64,000 nucleotides of DNA from Hyphomicrobium sp. (GCA_046160845.1 JBJXHD010000006.1:15174-79173); one strand, 5' to 3'. Shown: positions 20,181 through 31,357, counted from the stretch's first letter. Made by a program: numbers and translations. Notes: generated by a model not told the origin, from the letters alone.

Positions 20181-20198
20181 ACGTCACACGCCTGCAAT
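20181..20198 (+). promoter_or_regulatory. Possible Pho box upstream of plcP-btaAB
   Basis: ACGTCAC-N4-CTGCAAT, 11-bp period resembling CTGTCAT-N4-CTGTCAT; a further CTTCAT at ~20211. Degenerate; context supports it. Confidence 0.4.
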
Positions 20199-20250
20199 AT
20201 GAATCCAGTCCTTCATCCGACATGACGGAAAGACAGGGCGGAGGGCGCGC

Positions 20251-21060
20251 GTGACCGGCTCAGAAACGACGCACACCTACCGCAGCATTTTCATCTCCGA
20301 CGTCCATCTAGGGATGCGCAACTGCCAGTCGGACGCGCTCCTCGACTTTCTGAAACACTCCGAATCCGACACGCTCTACCTGGTCGGCGACATCGTCGAC
20401 TTCTGGAAAGTGAAGCGCGGGCCGCATTGGCCGCAATCCCACAACGACATCCTCCAGAAGCTGCTGCGCAAAGCGCGCAAGGGCGCCCGCGTCGTCTTCA
20501 TCCCGGGCAACCACGACGACGGGCTTCGCGACTACTGCGGCATGAATTTCGGCGGCGTCGAGATCCGCCGCGACGCCGTCCACGAAGGTCCGAACGGCAA
20601 GCGCTACCTCGTTCTGCACGGCGATGAATTCGACGTCGTCGTCCGCTACGCCCGCTGGTTGGCGCTGCTCGGCGACCGCGGATACGACCTCGCGCTGGCC
20701 ATGAACGTGCCCGTCAACATCGCGCGGCGCCTGCTCGGGCTCGACCACTGGTCGCTCGCCAAATTCCTGAAACACAAGGTCAAGACCGCCGTCAACTTCA
20801 TCGGCGAGTTCGAATCCGCGCTCGCTTCCGAGGCCCGCCGGCGCGACGCTCAAGGCATGATCTGCGGCCACATCCACCACGCCAACGACCGCATGATCGA
20901 CGGCGTGCACTACATCAATTGCGGCGATTGGGTCGAAAACTGCACGGCGATCGGCGAGCGCCACGACGGCGCGTTCGAAATCATCCGCTGGAAAGACGTG
21001 ATGGCCGCGCGATCGGCGGTACGAGAAATAAGGCAGCGTCGGCTCGTGCAAGCGGCCTAG
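20251..21060 (+). CDS. plcP: Metallophosphoesterase (LpxH-like), probable phospholipase C PlcP
   Basis: ISDVHLG, LVGDIVD, PGNHD, LHGDEFD, ICGHIH, YINCGDWVE; immediately upstream of btaA-btaB. Confidence 0.75.
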   Translation: MTGSETTHTYRSIFISDVHLGMRNCQSDALLDFLKHSESDTLYLVGDIVDFWKVKRGPHWPQSHNDILQKLLRKARKGARVVFIPGNHDDGLRDYCGMNFGGVEIRRDAVHEGPNGKRYLVLHGDEFDVVVRYARWLALLGDRGYDLALAMNVPVNIARRLLGLDHWSLAKFLKHKVKTAVNFIGEFESALASEARRRDAQGMICGHIHHANDRMIDGVHYINCGDWVENCTAIGERHDGAFEIIRWKDVMAARSAVREIRQRRLVQAA

Positions 21061-21087
21061 TCGACACCAGGGGGAGAAACCGAGGCC

Positions 21088-22329
21088 ATGCTGAACGCCC
21101 GCGCGATGCAACCTTCCACGTCCGACCTGCTCGGCGAGGCCGTCCATCAGAACGGAGCGCTCAGCATCACAGGCGCGCTCGAACGAGCCTTCACCTTCGC
21201 CTTCCGCTCAATGGTCTATCCGCAAATCTGGGAAGACCCCCGCGTCGACATGGAAGCGCTCGATCTCCAGCCGTCGAGCCGGATGATGACCATTGCGTCC
21301 GGCGGCTGCAATGCGCTGAGCTACCTCACCGCCAATCCGGCGCGGATCTACGCCGTCGATCTCAATGCCGCCCACGTCGCGCTGGTGCGCCTGAAGCTCG
21401 CCGCCGCGGTGCATCTGCCGACCCACGCCACGTTCTTCCGCTTTTTCGGCGCCGCCAATGACCGCCGCAACGCCCGCCTCTACGACGATCTGATCGCGCC
21501 GAACCTCGACGCCGTGACGCGCGCCTATTGGGAAGGGCGCGACACGTCGGGACGCCGCCGCATTTCGCGCTTCGGGCGCAACTTCTATCGCTTCGGGCTG
21601 CTCGGCCGCTTCATCGGCGCTGGCCATGCCGCAGCCCGCGCGCTTGGCGCCGACCCAAGACGGATGCTGGCTGCGAGAACGCCTGGCGAGCAACGGCAAA
21701 TCTTCGATGCCGAGATCGCACCGCTGTTCGACAAGCGACTGGTCCGCTGGCTCGCGTCGCGCCCGGCGTCGCTGTTCGGGCTCGGCATTCCGCCAGCGCA
21801 GTATGCTGCGCTGTGCGACCACGGCCGCCGCCACATGGCGGACGTGCTGCGCGAGCGCGTCGAACGGCTCGCAACCGGCTTCGATCTCGCCGACAACTAT
21901 TTCGCCAGCCAGGCGTTCGGCCGCACTTATGTCGACAACGCCGCCGCCCCTTGCCCGCCGTATTTGCAGAAGGACAAGTTCCTGGCCGTCAAGGCGCGCG
22001 CCAGCCGCGTCTCGGTCGTCCAGCAGAACATGATCCACTTCCTTGGCCGAGAACCGGCAGAGAGCCTCGACCGCTATTCGCTGCTCGACGCCCAGGACTG
22101 GATGGACGATGCGACCTTGAACGCGCTCTGGCGCGAGATCACGCGCACAGCACGCCCCGGCGCCCGCGTCATCTTCCGCACCGCCGGAGCCGAGACCATC
22201 CTGCCCGGCCGCGTCTCGGCTGCCCTGCTCGAACGCTGGAGCTATCAGGCCGAAACCTCTGCGGCGCTGTTCGCCAAGGATCGCTCGGCGATCTACGGCG
22301 GCTTCCACCTCTACATCAAGACGGCGTGA
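21088..22329 (+). CDS. btaA: SAM:diacylglycerol 3-amino-3-carboxypropyl transferase (DUF3419)
   Basis: VYPQIWEDP.VD, TIASGGCNALSYL, AVDLNAAH, LLDAQDWM, DRSAIYGGFHLY. Confidence 0.92.
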   Translation: MLNARAMQPSTSDLLGEAVHQNGALSITGALERAFTFAFRSMVYPQIWEDPRVDMEALDLQPSSRMMTIASGGCNALSYLTANPARIYAVDLNAAHVALVRLKLAAAVHLPTHATFFRFFGAANDRRNARLYDDLIAPNLDAVTRAYWEGRDTSGRRRISRFGRNFYRFGLLGRFIGAGHAAARALGADPRRMLAARTPGEQRQIFDAEIAPLFDKRLVRWLASRPASLFGLGIPPAQYAALCDHGRRHMADVLRERVERLATGFDLADNYFASQAFGRTYVDNAAAPCPPYLQKDKFLAVKARASRVSVVQQNMIHFLGREPAESLDRYSLLDAQDWMDDATLNALWREITRTARPGARVIFRTAGAETILPGRVSAALLERWSYQAETSAALFAKDRSAIYGGFHLYIKTA

Positions 22330-22339
22330 GCTCAGTCCC

Positions 22340-23005
22340 ATGACCGAGTCGACGGCCGCGGCGCACGCTCAAGCACGGGCGATGGATCACATCTATCGCT
22401 ATCAGCGCTACGTCTATGACGCGACCCGGCGCTACTACCTGTTCGGGCGCAACGAGTTGCTGGCCGAACTCGCGCCGCCCGTCGGCGGCTCGGTGCTCGA
22501 GGTCGGCTGCGGCACCGCGCGCAATCTCATCCTCGCGGCCGAGCGCTATCCGCAATCGCGCTACTACGGCTTCGACATCTCGGCGGAAATGCTGAAAACA
22601 GCGAGGAAGTCCGTCGAAGCGAGCGGGCAATCGCGGCGCATCTCCCTCGCCGTCGCCGACGCGACGAATTTCGACGGCGCCACGCTGTTCGGCGTCGACG
22701 CCTTCGACCGCATCTTTATCTCCTATTCGCTGTCGATGATCCCGGCCTGGGAGGCGATCATCGCCCACGCGGCGGACCAGCTCGCCCCCGGCGGCGCCCT
22801 GCATATTGTCGATTTTGGTTCCATGGACCGGATGCCGGCGGTCGGCCGGCGCGCCATGCTCGCCTGGCTCAGGCGCTTTTCCGTGACGCCGCGCCGCGAT
22901 CTGGTCAACGTCGCGCGCCGCATCGCCCGAGCGCGCGGCATGTCTTGCGGGTTCCGCCATGGGACGCTCGACTACGCCGCCCACGCCACTCTGCGACGCG
23001 CCTAA
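22340..23005 (+). CDS. btaB: SAM:diacylglycerylhomoserine N-methyltransferase
   Basis: MDHIYRYQRYVYDATRRYYLFGR, VLEVGCGTARNL, SYSLSMIP, LHIVDFG; follows btaA. Confidence 0.92.
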   Translation: MTESTAAAHAQARAMDHIYRYQRYVYDATRRYYLFGRNELLAELAPPVGGSVLEVGCGTARNLILAAERYPQSRYYGFDISAEMLKTARKSVEASGQSRRISLAVADATNFDGATLFGVDAFDRIFISYSLSMIPAWEAIIAHAADQLAPGGALHIVDFGSMDRMPAVGRRAMLAWLRRFSVTPRRDLVNVARRIARARGMSCGFRHGTLDYAAHATLRRA

Positions 23006-23023
23006 GTCTCCTTTTCCCACCCG

Positions 23024-23051
23024 AAAAGCCCCGGCGGCGAACCAGGGCTTT
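23024..23051. terminator. Probable bidirectional intrinsic terminator
   Basis: AAAAGCCC...GGGCTTT hairpin between convergent btaB and the 23090 ORF. Confidence 0.6.
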
Positions 23052-23089
23052 CCAGAACATGTGACTTAGAGCCCGCCGACCGATGCCGA

Positions 23090-23551
23090 CTAGGGCGTCG
23101 CGGTCGTGGCCGGAATGGCGGCAGTTTCGGCCGCCGCCGCCAACTCGGCGACGAGCGCGCGATCGTCTGCCGGGATTTCGGCGACGACGACCTCTGCAGC
23201 CGCCTCGGCGGCGGCTTCGACCGGCGCCGCTTCGACGACGGCCTCTTCCGCGACGTCTTCAGTCGCCGCTTCTTCAGGCGCCGCTTCCGCGGCAGGAGCG
23301 TCTTCCGTCACAGCTTCGGTGACAACGTCCGCCGGCGCGTCGACCACGTCCGCCACGACCGCTTCCGCCGCGACTTCGGTTTCGACCGCGTCGTTCGCGG
23401 CCGCCGGCGCTGCCATCGGCGCAAACAGTGATTCGACTTCGCCGATCGCCCGCTGCATCGCCATCAACGCCTTGTAGTCGGCCGTCGCCTCGATCCGAAT
23501 ACGCACTTCCTCGCTTAACCCCTTGAGTCTCGCCAGAACATCTTCCGCCAT
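23090..23551 (-). CDS. Hypothetical acidic Ala/Glu/Val-rich protein
   Basis: About 43-aa helical-looking N-terminus followed by low-complexity acidic tail; GGGA upstream of ATG. Confidence 0.65.
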   Translation of the reverse strand: MAEDVLARLKGLSEEVRIRIEATADYKALMAMQRAIGEVESLFAPMAAPAAANDAVETEVAAEAVVADVVDAPADVVTEAVTEDAPAAEAAPEEAATEDVAEEAVVEAAPVEAAAEAAAEVVVAEIPADDRALVAELAAAAETAAIPATTATP

Positions 23552-23814
23552 CGCGTTTTCCCTTCAGCCAGAAATTTGCAAAGTTCCGCCTTCGTCCGCG
23601 CATGACTGATCATGCGGACGCGTGCTCTCGATTTTTCAGTAATGCGCGACAATAAGGTACATCACGAATCGCGTTCGCGCATCAGGTCGCGCGCGTCTAC
23701 ACAGCAATAAATATTTTGAAATGAAACGCGCGCTGCATGTGATGCGCGTGATGCGCGACACGCGTGCTGATCTGATGTCGTCGCGATGCCCAACTCTGCA
23801 GCGCAGAGATTGCG

Positions 23815-23997
23815 TCAGCTGGCGTTCGGACCGCGCAACTGCTGCAGCGCTTTGCCGATCAGTTTCCAATCGCCAGCGAGTTTGTCGTCGCCGGATTGCT
23901 CGTATCGGCGCGCCTTGTCTGCGGCCTCCGCCAACGCCTTCGCGCCATGCGCTTCATACAGTTTCTGCGCATGCGCCTGGATCTCGACTGCGTTCAT
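23815..23997 (-). CDS. Small helical hypothetical protein (60 aa)
   Basis: GGAGG before ATG at 23997; MNAVEIQAHAQKLYEAHG.KA.AEAA.KAR...GD...A.DW pattern resembles a small alphaproteobacterial family. Confidence 0.7.
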   Translation of the reverse strand: MNAVEIQAHAQKLYEAHGAKALAEAADKARRYEQSGDDKLAGDWKLIGKALQQLRGPNAS

Positions 23998-24105
23998 GGC
24001 TTGCCTCCCTGGCTTTGGTTGCCCATTGCGATTTTGATGTAGGGTCGCCGGCACGATCGCCAAGCCTCGCCATCAGCATTTCGCAGTCGCTAGACTTGCA
24101 CATAG

Positions 24106-24143
24106 AAAAAGGGCCGCCGCGACGATGCGCGACGGCCCTCTTT
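24106..24143 (-). terminator. Intrinsic terminator of groESL
   Basis: Minus strand GGGCCG...CGGCCC stem followed by TTTTT, just after the groEL stop. Confidence 0.75.
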
Positions 24144-24170
24144 ATTGGGGTTCTGGCTGGTACAGCCGGC

Positions 24171-25832
<1,662 letters not shown>

Positions 25833-25881
25833 CTAATGTTGAATGCAGTGTTGGATTCGGGGATGAGAAACCGCGGCGGTC

Positions 25882-26196
25882 TTAGGCTGCCTTCGCCTTC
25901 GACGCTGCCTTATCGACGATGCCGAGGATGTCGCTTTCCTTCATGATCAGCAGCTCTTCGCCGTCGATCTTGACCTCGGTGCCCGACCATTTGCCGAACA
26001 GCACCTGATCGCCAACCTTGACGTCGAGTGGCTGGACTTTGCCGGCTTCATCGCGGGCGCCGGGGCCGACGCCGACGATCTCGCCGCGCTGCGGCTTTTC
26101 CTTCGCTGTATCGGGAATGATGATGCCGCCGGCAGTTTTGGCATCTTCCTCGAGGCGCTTGACGACAACGCGATCGTGGAGGGGACGGAACGCCAT
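25882..26196 (-). CDS. groES: Co-chaperonin GroES
   Basis: [50 protein letters not shown]. Confidence 0.98.
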   Translation of the reverse strand: MAFRPLHDRVVVKRLEEDAKTAGGIIIPDTAKEKPQRGEIVGVGPGARDEAGKVQPLDVKVGDQVLFGKWSGTEVKIDGEELLIMKESDILGIVDKAASKAKAA

Positions 26197-26252
26197 GGGT
26201 ATAACCTCTTGAATTGGTTGTGTTTTAGGACGTTTTTTGATCGCCGATGCGC

Positions 26253-26283
26253 GATATAGGCAGCGGCTGGGCTCGGGCAATGG
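26253..26283 (-). promoter_or_regulatory. RpoH-type promoter candidate for groESL
   Basis: Minus strand CATTGC-N16-CCTATATC, close to the alphaproteobacterial sigma32 consensus CTTG-N~17-CCTATAT. Confidence 0.5.
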
Positions 26284-26332
26284 CGCGAAACTGCGCACCC
26301 GCTCAATGCCGCCCGGGTATATGTCTCGCCTG

Positions 26333-26359
26333 CTAGCACTGTCAAGAGCTGAGTGCCAA
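26333..26359 (-). promoter_or_regulatory. CIRCE element (HrcA operator) overlapping a promoter
   Basis: Minus strand TTGGCACTC-N9-CAGTGCTAG vs consensus TTAGCACTC-N9-GAGTGCTAA; overlaps CTTGAC-N17-CATATA. Confidence 0.8.
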
Positions 26360-26481
26360 CTACATGCTGAGTTTGCCCGGGAAGATCAATGGCCGGCTAG
26401 AGTGGCGGCGGAGTCACACACAGCAACGCCCGTATCGCAGGGGCGACACGGGCGTAAGACTTTAGTTTAATACACCTGGGA

Positions 26482-26814
26482 TCAGATTTCAAAATCGCCG
26501 AGCTTCGCGCCCTTTTTCAGCCGATCGAGCAGCCAATTCGGCTTACGTCCCCGGCCAGTCCATGTGTCTGATTTGTTTTCGGGATTGGCGTACTTGGCGA
26601 CTCCGAGCGATTTGCCTTTCCCCGCGCCGCGACTGCCGCGACCGCCGCCGAATAGCTCATTGACGGAAAACCCATGCGTTTCCGCCATTTCAGCCACCTT
26701 TTTCTTCAGGTCGCTGCGTTCGCGGTCTCGCGCCGCTGCAATTGCCTTTTTGACTTTGGATTCAAGATCGACGAGCTCTTTGAGAGACATTTTGTCGACG
26801 TTGAATGCCGCCAT
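26482..26814 (-). CDS. hns: H-NS family nucleoid protein (HvrA-like)
   Basis: N-terminal coiled coil; C-terminal AKYANPEN..DTWTGRGRKPNW. Confidence 0.9.
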   Translation of the reverse strand: MAAFNVDKMSLKELVDLESKVKKAIAAARDRERSDLKKKVAEMAETHGFSVNELFGGGRGSRGAGKGKSLGVAKYANPENKSDTWTGRGRKPNWLLDRLKKGAKLGDFEI

Positions 26815-26968
26815 TTTCTTCGCCTTTTGCGCCACGGTGGTCCACCCCAATTCATCGGTTTTTTTTCCATCTAGCCGAGAACGGAATGACGCGCACGAAA
26901 ATTCGTTCGTGCCGCGTCAATTGATCCACGACGTCGTTAAGTTAGCCTTGCCGCGTAATCAAGCTGGC

Positions 26969-28201
26969 TTATTCGCTGCGCAGCGCATCAATCGGATTGA
27001 GGTGGGCGGCGCGCCGCGCCGGAAAAAACCCGAATATCACGCCGGTCCCACCGGCGGCGCCAAGTGCTAATGCAATAACCGCCGGAGAAATAAGCACAGG
27101 CCATTTGGCGGCATTCGCAATGACAGCCGCTGCAATCACCCCAAGTAGCGCGCCGACGATACCTCCAATGAGGCATAATGCTACCGCTTCGACGAGAAAT
27201 TGTCGCATAATGTCGCCACGCCGGCCGCCGACAGCCATTCGCAATCCGATCTCGCGGGTGCGCTCGGTGACGGAAACGAGCATAATATTCATAATGCCAA
27301 TTCCACCGACAATCAGCGAAATGGCCGAAGTCGCGGCGAGCAAATAAGTCATTGTACTGAGCACTTCGGTCCGCGCCTTCATAAACTCGGCGAGATTACG
27401 GACATTGAAAGTCTCTTCTTCGCCAGGCGAAATGCGCCGCCTTTGCCGCATGAGAGTCTCGATATCTTCTTCGGCATCCTTCAAATCGATGGACGGATCG
27501 AATTTGATATAGATCTGGCCGACCTGATCGGCCTTGACCTGGCTCTTGCCGACGATCTGGCCGCGCGCAGTTGTCATCGGCATCAGGACCACGTCGTCCT
27601 GGTCGCGGCCGAAATTCGACGAACCCTTTGCCCCCAGCACGCCAACGACGAGGAAGGGCGTGCTCTTGACCCGGATAGTCGCCCCGACGGGCTCTTCGTC
27701 CTGAAACAGCTGTTTGACCACGGTCTGCCCGAGCAGTGCCACCTTGGCGCTCGAGCGCACGTCCTGCAGTGTCAGATCGCGGCCCGAAACGATCGGCCAA
27801 TCCCTCACCCTCGCGAAATCGGCGTGGATTCCGGTCAGCGTCGTCGACCAGTTGGCGTTGCCGTAAACGACGGGTCCCGCGCCATTCAACTGCCCGGAAA
27901 TCGCAATGACGCCCGGAACCTTATCGCGAATGGCGGCGAGGTCGCCCTCATCCAGCGGAAGCTGCGTTCCAGCGCCCCCCGCGCGGCCCATGACGCGGCT
28001 TGAACCCGAAAACACCACCAGCATGTTCGAGCCGAGCGACTCGATCTGCTTTTCGACTTCGCTGCGCGCACCGGAGCCGACCGCCACTAGGATGATGACG
28101 GAGGCGACGCCGATGATGATGCCCAGCGTTGTCAGGATCGACCGCAGCAAATTCGACTTTAGCGCCGTCCACGCGATGGCCAGACTGTCAAGCAGCGTCA
28201 T
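26969..28201 (-). CDS. MacB-type ABC transporter permease (no fused ATPase)
   Basis: RSILTTLGIIIGVASVI, GGIGIMNIMLVSVTERTREIGLRMAVG, PARRAA.LNPIDALRSE. Confidence 0.92.
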   Translation of the reverse strand: MTLLDSLAIAWTALKSNLLRSILTTLGIIIGVASVIILVAVGSGARSEVEKQIESLGSNMLVVFSGSSRVMGRAGGAGTQLPLDEGDLAAIRDKVPGVIAISGQLNGAGPVVYGNANWSTTLTGIHADFARVRDWPIVSGRDLTLQDVRSSAKVALLGQTVVKQLFQDEEPVGATIRVKSTPFLVVGVLGAKGSSNFGRDQDDVVLMPMTTARGQIVGKSQVKADQVGQIYIKFDPSIDLKDAEEDIETLMRQRRRISPGEEETFNVRNLAEFMKARTEVLSTMTYLLAATSAISLIVGGIGIMNIMLVSVTERTREIGLRMAVGGRRGDIMRQFLVEAVALCLIGGIVGALLGVIAAAVIANAAKWPVLISPAVIALALGAAGGTGVIFGFFPARRAAHLNPIDALRSE

Positions 28202-28979
28202 GGCGCGCCTCGCTCAGACTTGCGGCGACCACCGGCGCGTCGGAGCGCACGTCATCGACAACCCGTCCGTCGCGGAACAGGATCCGCCGGCGCGCGTGCG
28301 CGGCGATGTCCGGCTCATGGGTGACGAGAATGACCGTGATGCCATCGCGATTGAGCTCCTGGAAGAGCGCCAATATCTCTTCTGACGTCTTGGTGTCGAG
28401 CGCGCCCGTCGGCTCGTCCGCCAGAAGAATTTTCGGGTTATTGACCAGCGCGCGAGCGATCGCGACGCGCTGCTGCTGACCGCCAGACAACTGGCGGGGA
28501 TGATGATCAAGTCGCGCGCCGAGCCCGACCTGCTCGAGCCGCAGGCGGGCCAGCCCCTCGAGATCATCGGGACGCGGATGCGCGTACAGCAGCGGCAGCA
28601 TCACCTGGCGCAGCGCCGTGGTTCGCGCCAGCAGATTGAACTGCTGGAACACGAAGCCGATGGTGCGGTTGCGCATCGCGGCGAGGTCGTCAGCGTCCAT
28701 TGCGGCGATGTCGCGGCCGTCGATTGTCAGCGTTCCCGTCGTAGGTTTATCGAGGGCGCCGATGAGGTTCATCATCGTCGACTTGCCTGAGCCCGAGGCG
28801 CCCATGATGGCGACGAATTCGCCCTCGCGGATATCGAGCGTCACGCCGTCGAGGGCGCGCACCGTCTGATCGCCCATCTGATAGACCTTGGCGACATTGT
28901 GGACGCGGATCAGAGCGCCGCCGCGATCCTCGCTGCGGCCGCGCCGGGCATCGCTAGGCGCCGGAACGGACCCATTCAT
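28188..28979 (-). CDS. MacB/LolD-type ABC ATP-binding protein
   Basis: GASGSGKST, IGFVFQQFNLL, LSGGQQQRVAIARAL, LADEPTGALD, VTHE; ATGA overlap with the upstream gene. Confidence 0.95.
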   Translation of the reverse strand: MNGSVPAPSDARRGRSEDRGGALIRVHNVAKVYQMGDQTVRALDGVTLDIREGEFVAIMGASGSGKSTMMNLIGALDKPTTGTLTIDGRDIAAMDADDLAAMRNRTIGFVFQQFNLLARTTALRQVMLPLLYAHPRPDDLEGLARLRLEQVGLGARLDHHPRQLSGGQQQRVAIARALVNNPKILLADEPTGALDTKTSEEILALFQELNRDGITVILVTHEPDIAAHARRRILFRDGRVVDDVRSDAPVVAASLSEARHDAA

Positions 28980-30442
28980 TTCGACGCATTCCTGACTCGC
29001 AGCACGACGCGGTCGCCCTCGGCAAGTTGACCGCCGGCGATCTCCGTGAAGGCGTCGTCGGAGACACCGAGCCGGACGAAGCGGCGTTCCGGCTTGCCCG
29101 CGGCGTCGAGCGCGTACACGGCGCCGGATTTGACGTTCTCGCGGCCGCGCTTCCACTTTTCGAACAACGGGCGCTGCTCTTCGGTCAGCAGCGGACCCAG
29201 CGCTTGCTCGATTGTCGTTTGCAGACGCTGTCGCATGGCGCTCGGATCGGCCGAGGCGTCGCCTTGGCCCGGACCCGACCCGTTCTCCGAAAACAGCTTC
29301 TTGATGGCGTCGCGTACGGTGCGCTCCTGCTCCTCGGACAATTCGAGATCGGTCTTCAACTTGGATATCTGCCGCTCGCTGCGGTTGGAGCGGTTTTGCC
29401 CCGACCCATCACCGCGTTCCGAAGCTTCGGGCGTGCGCGGCTTGAAGCGCAGCGCGTCGTTCGGAACGCGCAGCGCGTTGTCGAGCTTCGCGACCTCGAT
29501 TTGCACGTTGGCCGTCATGCCCGGAAACAGCTTGCGGTCGTCGTTCGATGCTTCGATGATCACCGTATAGGTGACGATGTTCGCTAGCTCCGTTGCGGAC
29601 AGACGCACCTGCGTGACCTTGCCCTGAAACGTGCGATCCGGATAGGAATCGACAGTGAACATCGCGGTGTCGCCCTCCGACACGGCCCCGACGTCAGCTT
29701 CGTTCACCTGCGCCTCGATGCGGATGCGCCGCAGATCCTGCGCGAGCTTGAAAAGTTCGGGCGCCTGCAGGCTGGCGGCGACCGTCTGCCCTGGATCAAC
29801 GGTACGCGAAATCACGGTGCCGTTGATCGGCGCGACGATGCGCGTGCGGTCGAGGTCGATCTCGGCCTGCGTCAATCCTGCCTCGCGCTGAACAATGACG
29901 GCCCTCGCGCTTTCGATCATCGCTTCCGAGACAGCGATGTCGGCGGTCGCAACCTCGGCGTCGCGCTGCGCGGCGTCGAGCGTGGCGCTGCTCGCGTAGC
30001 CCTTGTCCTGCAGCGCCTTCTGGCGCGTCTGGATGCGCTCGGCGACGTTCTTGATCGCCTGCGCCTTCGTCAGCGCCGCCTGCTGGTTGGTCAGCGCCGC
30101 TTTTGCGGCATTGAGATCGGCGCGCGACTGCGCCACCTTCGCTTCGAAAGTCCGCGAGTCGATGGTCGCCAGCACGTCGCCGGCTTTCACTTCGCTATTG
30201 AAGTCGACGGGAATGGTCTCAACCTGACCCGAAATCTGCGAACCGATCGACACCGTCACCAGCGCCCGGACCGGGCCCGACGTCGAGACGATCTTGCGAA
30301 TGGCGCCCTTGCCTACCGTGACGGCGTCATACGTGCGGGCGGCGTCGCCGCTGCCGGCGGGATTGAGCATCCAGACGACGGCCAGCCCGAGCGCAGCCAG
30401 CGGCGCGCCGAGCGTGAACAGGTATTTGAGCGGCTTCGTCAT
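28976..30442 (-). CDS. MacA-type periplasmic adaptor (membrane fusion protein)
   Basis: N-terminal TM, VSIGSQISGQV, APINGTVISR.V.PGQTVAASLQAP, FTVDSYPD, LFPGMTANV. Confidence 0.92.
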   Translation of the reverse strand: MTKPLKYLFTLGAPLAALGLAVVWMLNPAGSGDAARTYDAVTVGKGAIRKIVSTSGPVRALVTVSIGSQISGQVETIPVDFNSEVKAGDVLATIDSRTFEAKVAQSRADLNAAKAALTNQQAALTKAQAIKNVAERIQTRQKALQDKGYASSATLDAAQRDAEVATADIAVSEAMIESARAVIVQREAGLTQAEIDLDRTRIVAPINGTVISRTVDPGQTVAASLQAPELFKLAQDLRRIRIEAQVNEADVGAVSEGDTAMFTVDSYPDRTFQGKVTQVRLSATELANIVTYTVIIEASNDDRKLFPGMTANVQIEVAKLDNALRVPNDALRFKPRTPEASERGDGSGQNRSNRSERQISKLKTDLELSEEQERTVRDAIKKLFSENGSGPGQGDASADPSAMRQRLQTTIEQALGPLLTEEQRPLFEKWKRGRENVKSGAVYALDAAGKPERRFVRLGVSDDAFTEIAGGQLAEGDRVVLRVRNASK

Positions 30443-30769
30443 CGGACCGGTTCGCCTTGCGTCGTTTGCGCGCGTTTTGACTACGCGCTAAACGGCGAAA
30501 TGGGTTGTTTCCGTCGTCATCACTTATACGACGAGCGTGACTGTAGCCTGAACAGGTATCCGGGACAGCCGCCCGAGAGGGTGAATGGTCGAGCAAATTA
30601 CGGCGAATTACCGTCATTTAAGACGACGGACGCCGGAACACGGTCCATGGCCGGCGCGTTGAAGCATCATATGGCCCGGCGCTTGTCTCAGGCGCATGCC
30701 AAAGCTAAAGCTACGGCGCCCGCCGGTTCGCATCGCGGCTTTCAACCACCGACCAACGAGATCGAGTTC

Positions 30770-31357
30770 ATGACTCTCAAACTCCCCGACCTTCCCTACG
30801 CCTACGACGCGCTGGCCCCCTATATGTCGGCCGAGACGCTCGAATTCCACCACGACAAGCATCACCTCGCTTATGTCGACAACGGCAACAAGCTGCTCGA
30901 CGGCTCGAAGTATGCCGGCATGTCGCTCGAAGAGATCTGCAAACAGGCCTACGCCGACAAGGCCGCCGGCGTCATCAACAACGTCGGTCAGCACTGGAAC
31001 CATCTGCACTTTTGGCAATGGATGAAAAAGGGCGGCGGGGGCAAGAAGCTACCCGGTTCGGTCGCGAAACTCGTTGAAGGCGCCGGCGGTTACGACAAGG
31101 TCCGCGCCGACTTCATCGAAGCCGGCAAGGGCCAGTTCGGCTCGGGCTGGGCTTGGCTTTCCATCAAGGACGGCAAGCTGGAAGTGCAAAAGACGCCCAA
31201 CGGCGAAAATCCTCTAATGCACGGCTCAAAGCCGATCCTCGGCTGCGACGTCTGGGAACACAGCTATTACATCGACTATCGCAACGCGCGCCCCAAGTAT
31301 CTCGAAGCCTGGTTTGACAATCTGGTGAACTGGGAACACGTCGAGTCGATGATCTGA
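30770..31357 (+). CDS. sodB: Fe/Mn superoxide dismutase
   Basis: LPYAYDALAP, FHHDKHH, HWNH, QFGSGWAW, DVWEHSYY. Metal specificity not determined. Confidence 0.93.
   Translation: MTLKLPDLPYAYDALAPYMSAETLEFHHDKHHLAYVDNGNKLLDGSKYAGMSLEEICKQAYADKAAGVINNVGQHWNHLHFWQWMKKGGGGKKLPGSVAKLVEGAGGYDKVRADFIEAGKGQFGSGWAWLSIKDGKLEVQKTPNGENPLMHGSKPILGCDVWEHSYYIDYRNARPKYLEAWFDNLVNWEHVESMI

Noticed and set aside
20251-21060. Annotation as lipid A enzyme LpxH
   Set aside because: Operon context with btaAB and a Pho-like box favours PlcP; phylogeny still needed.
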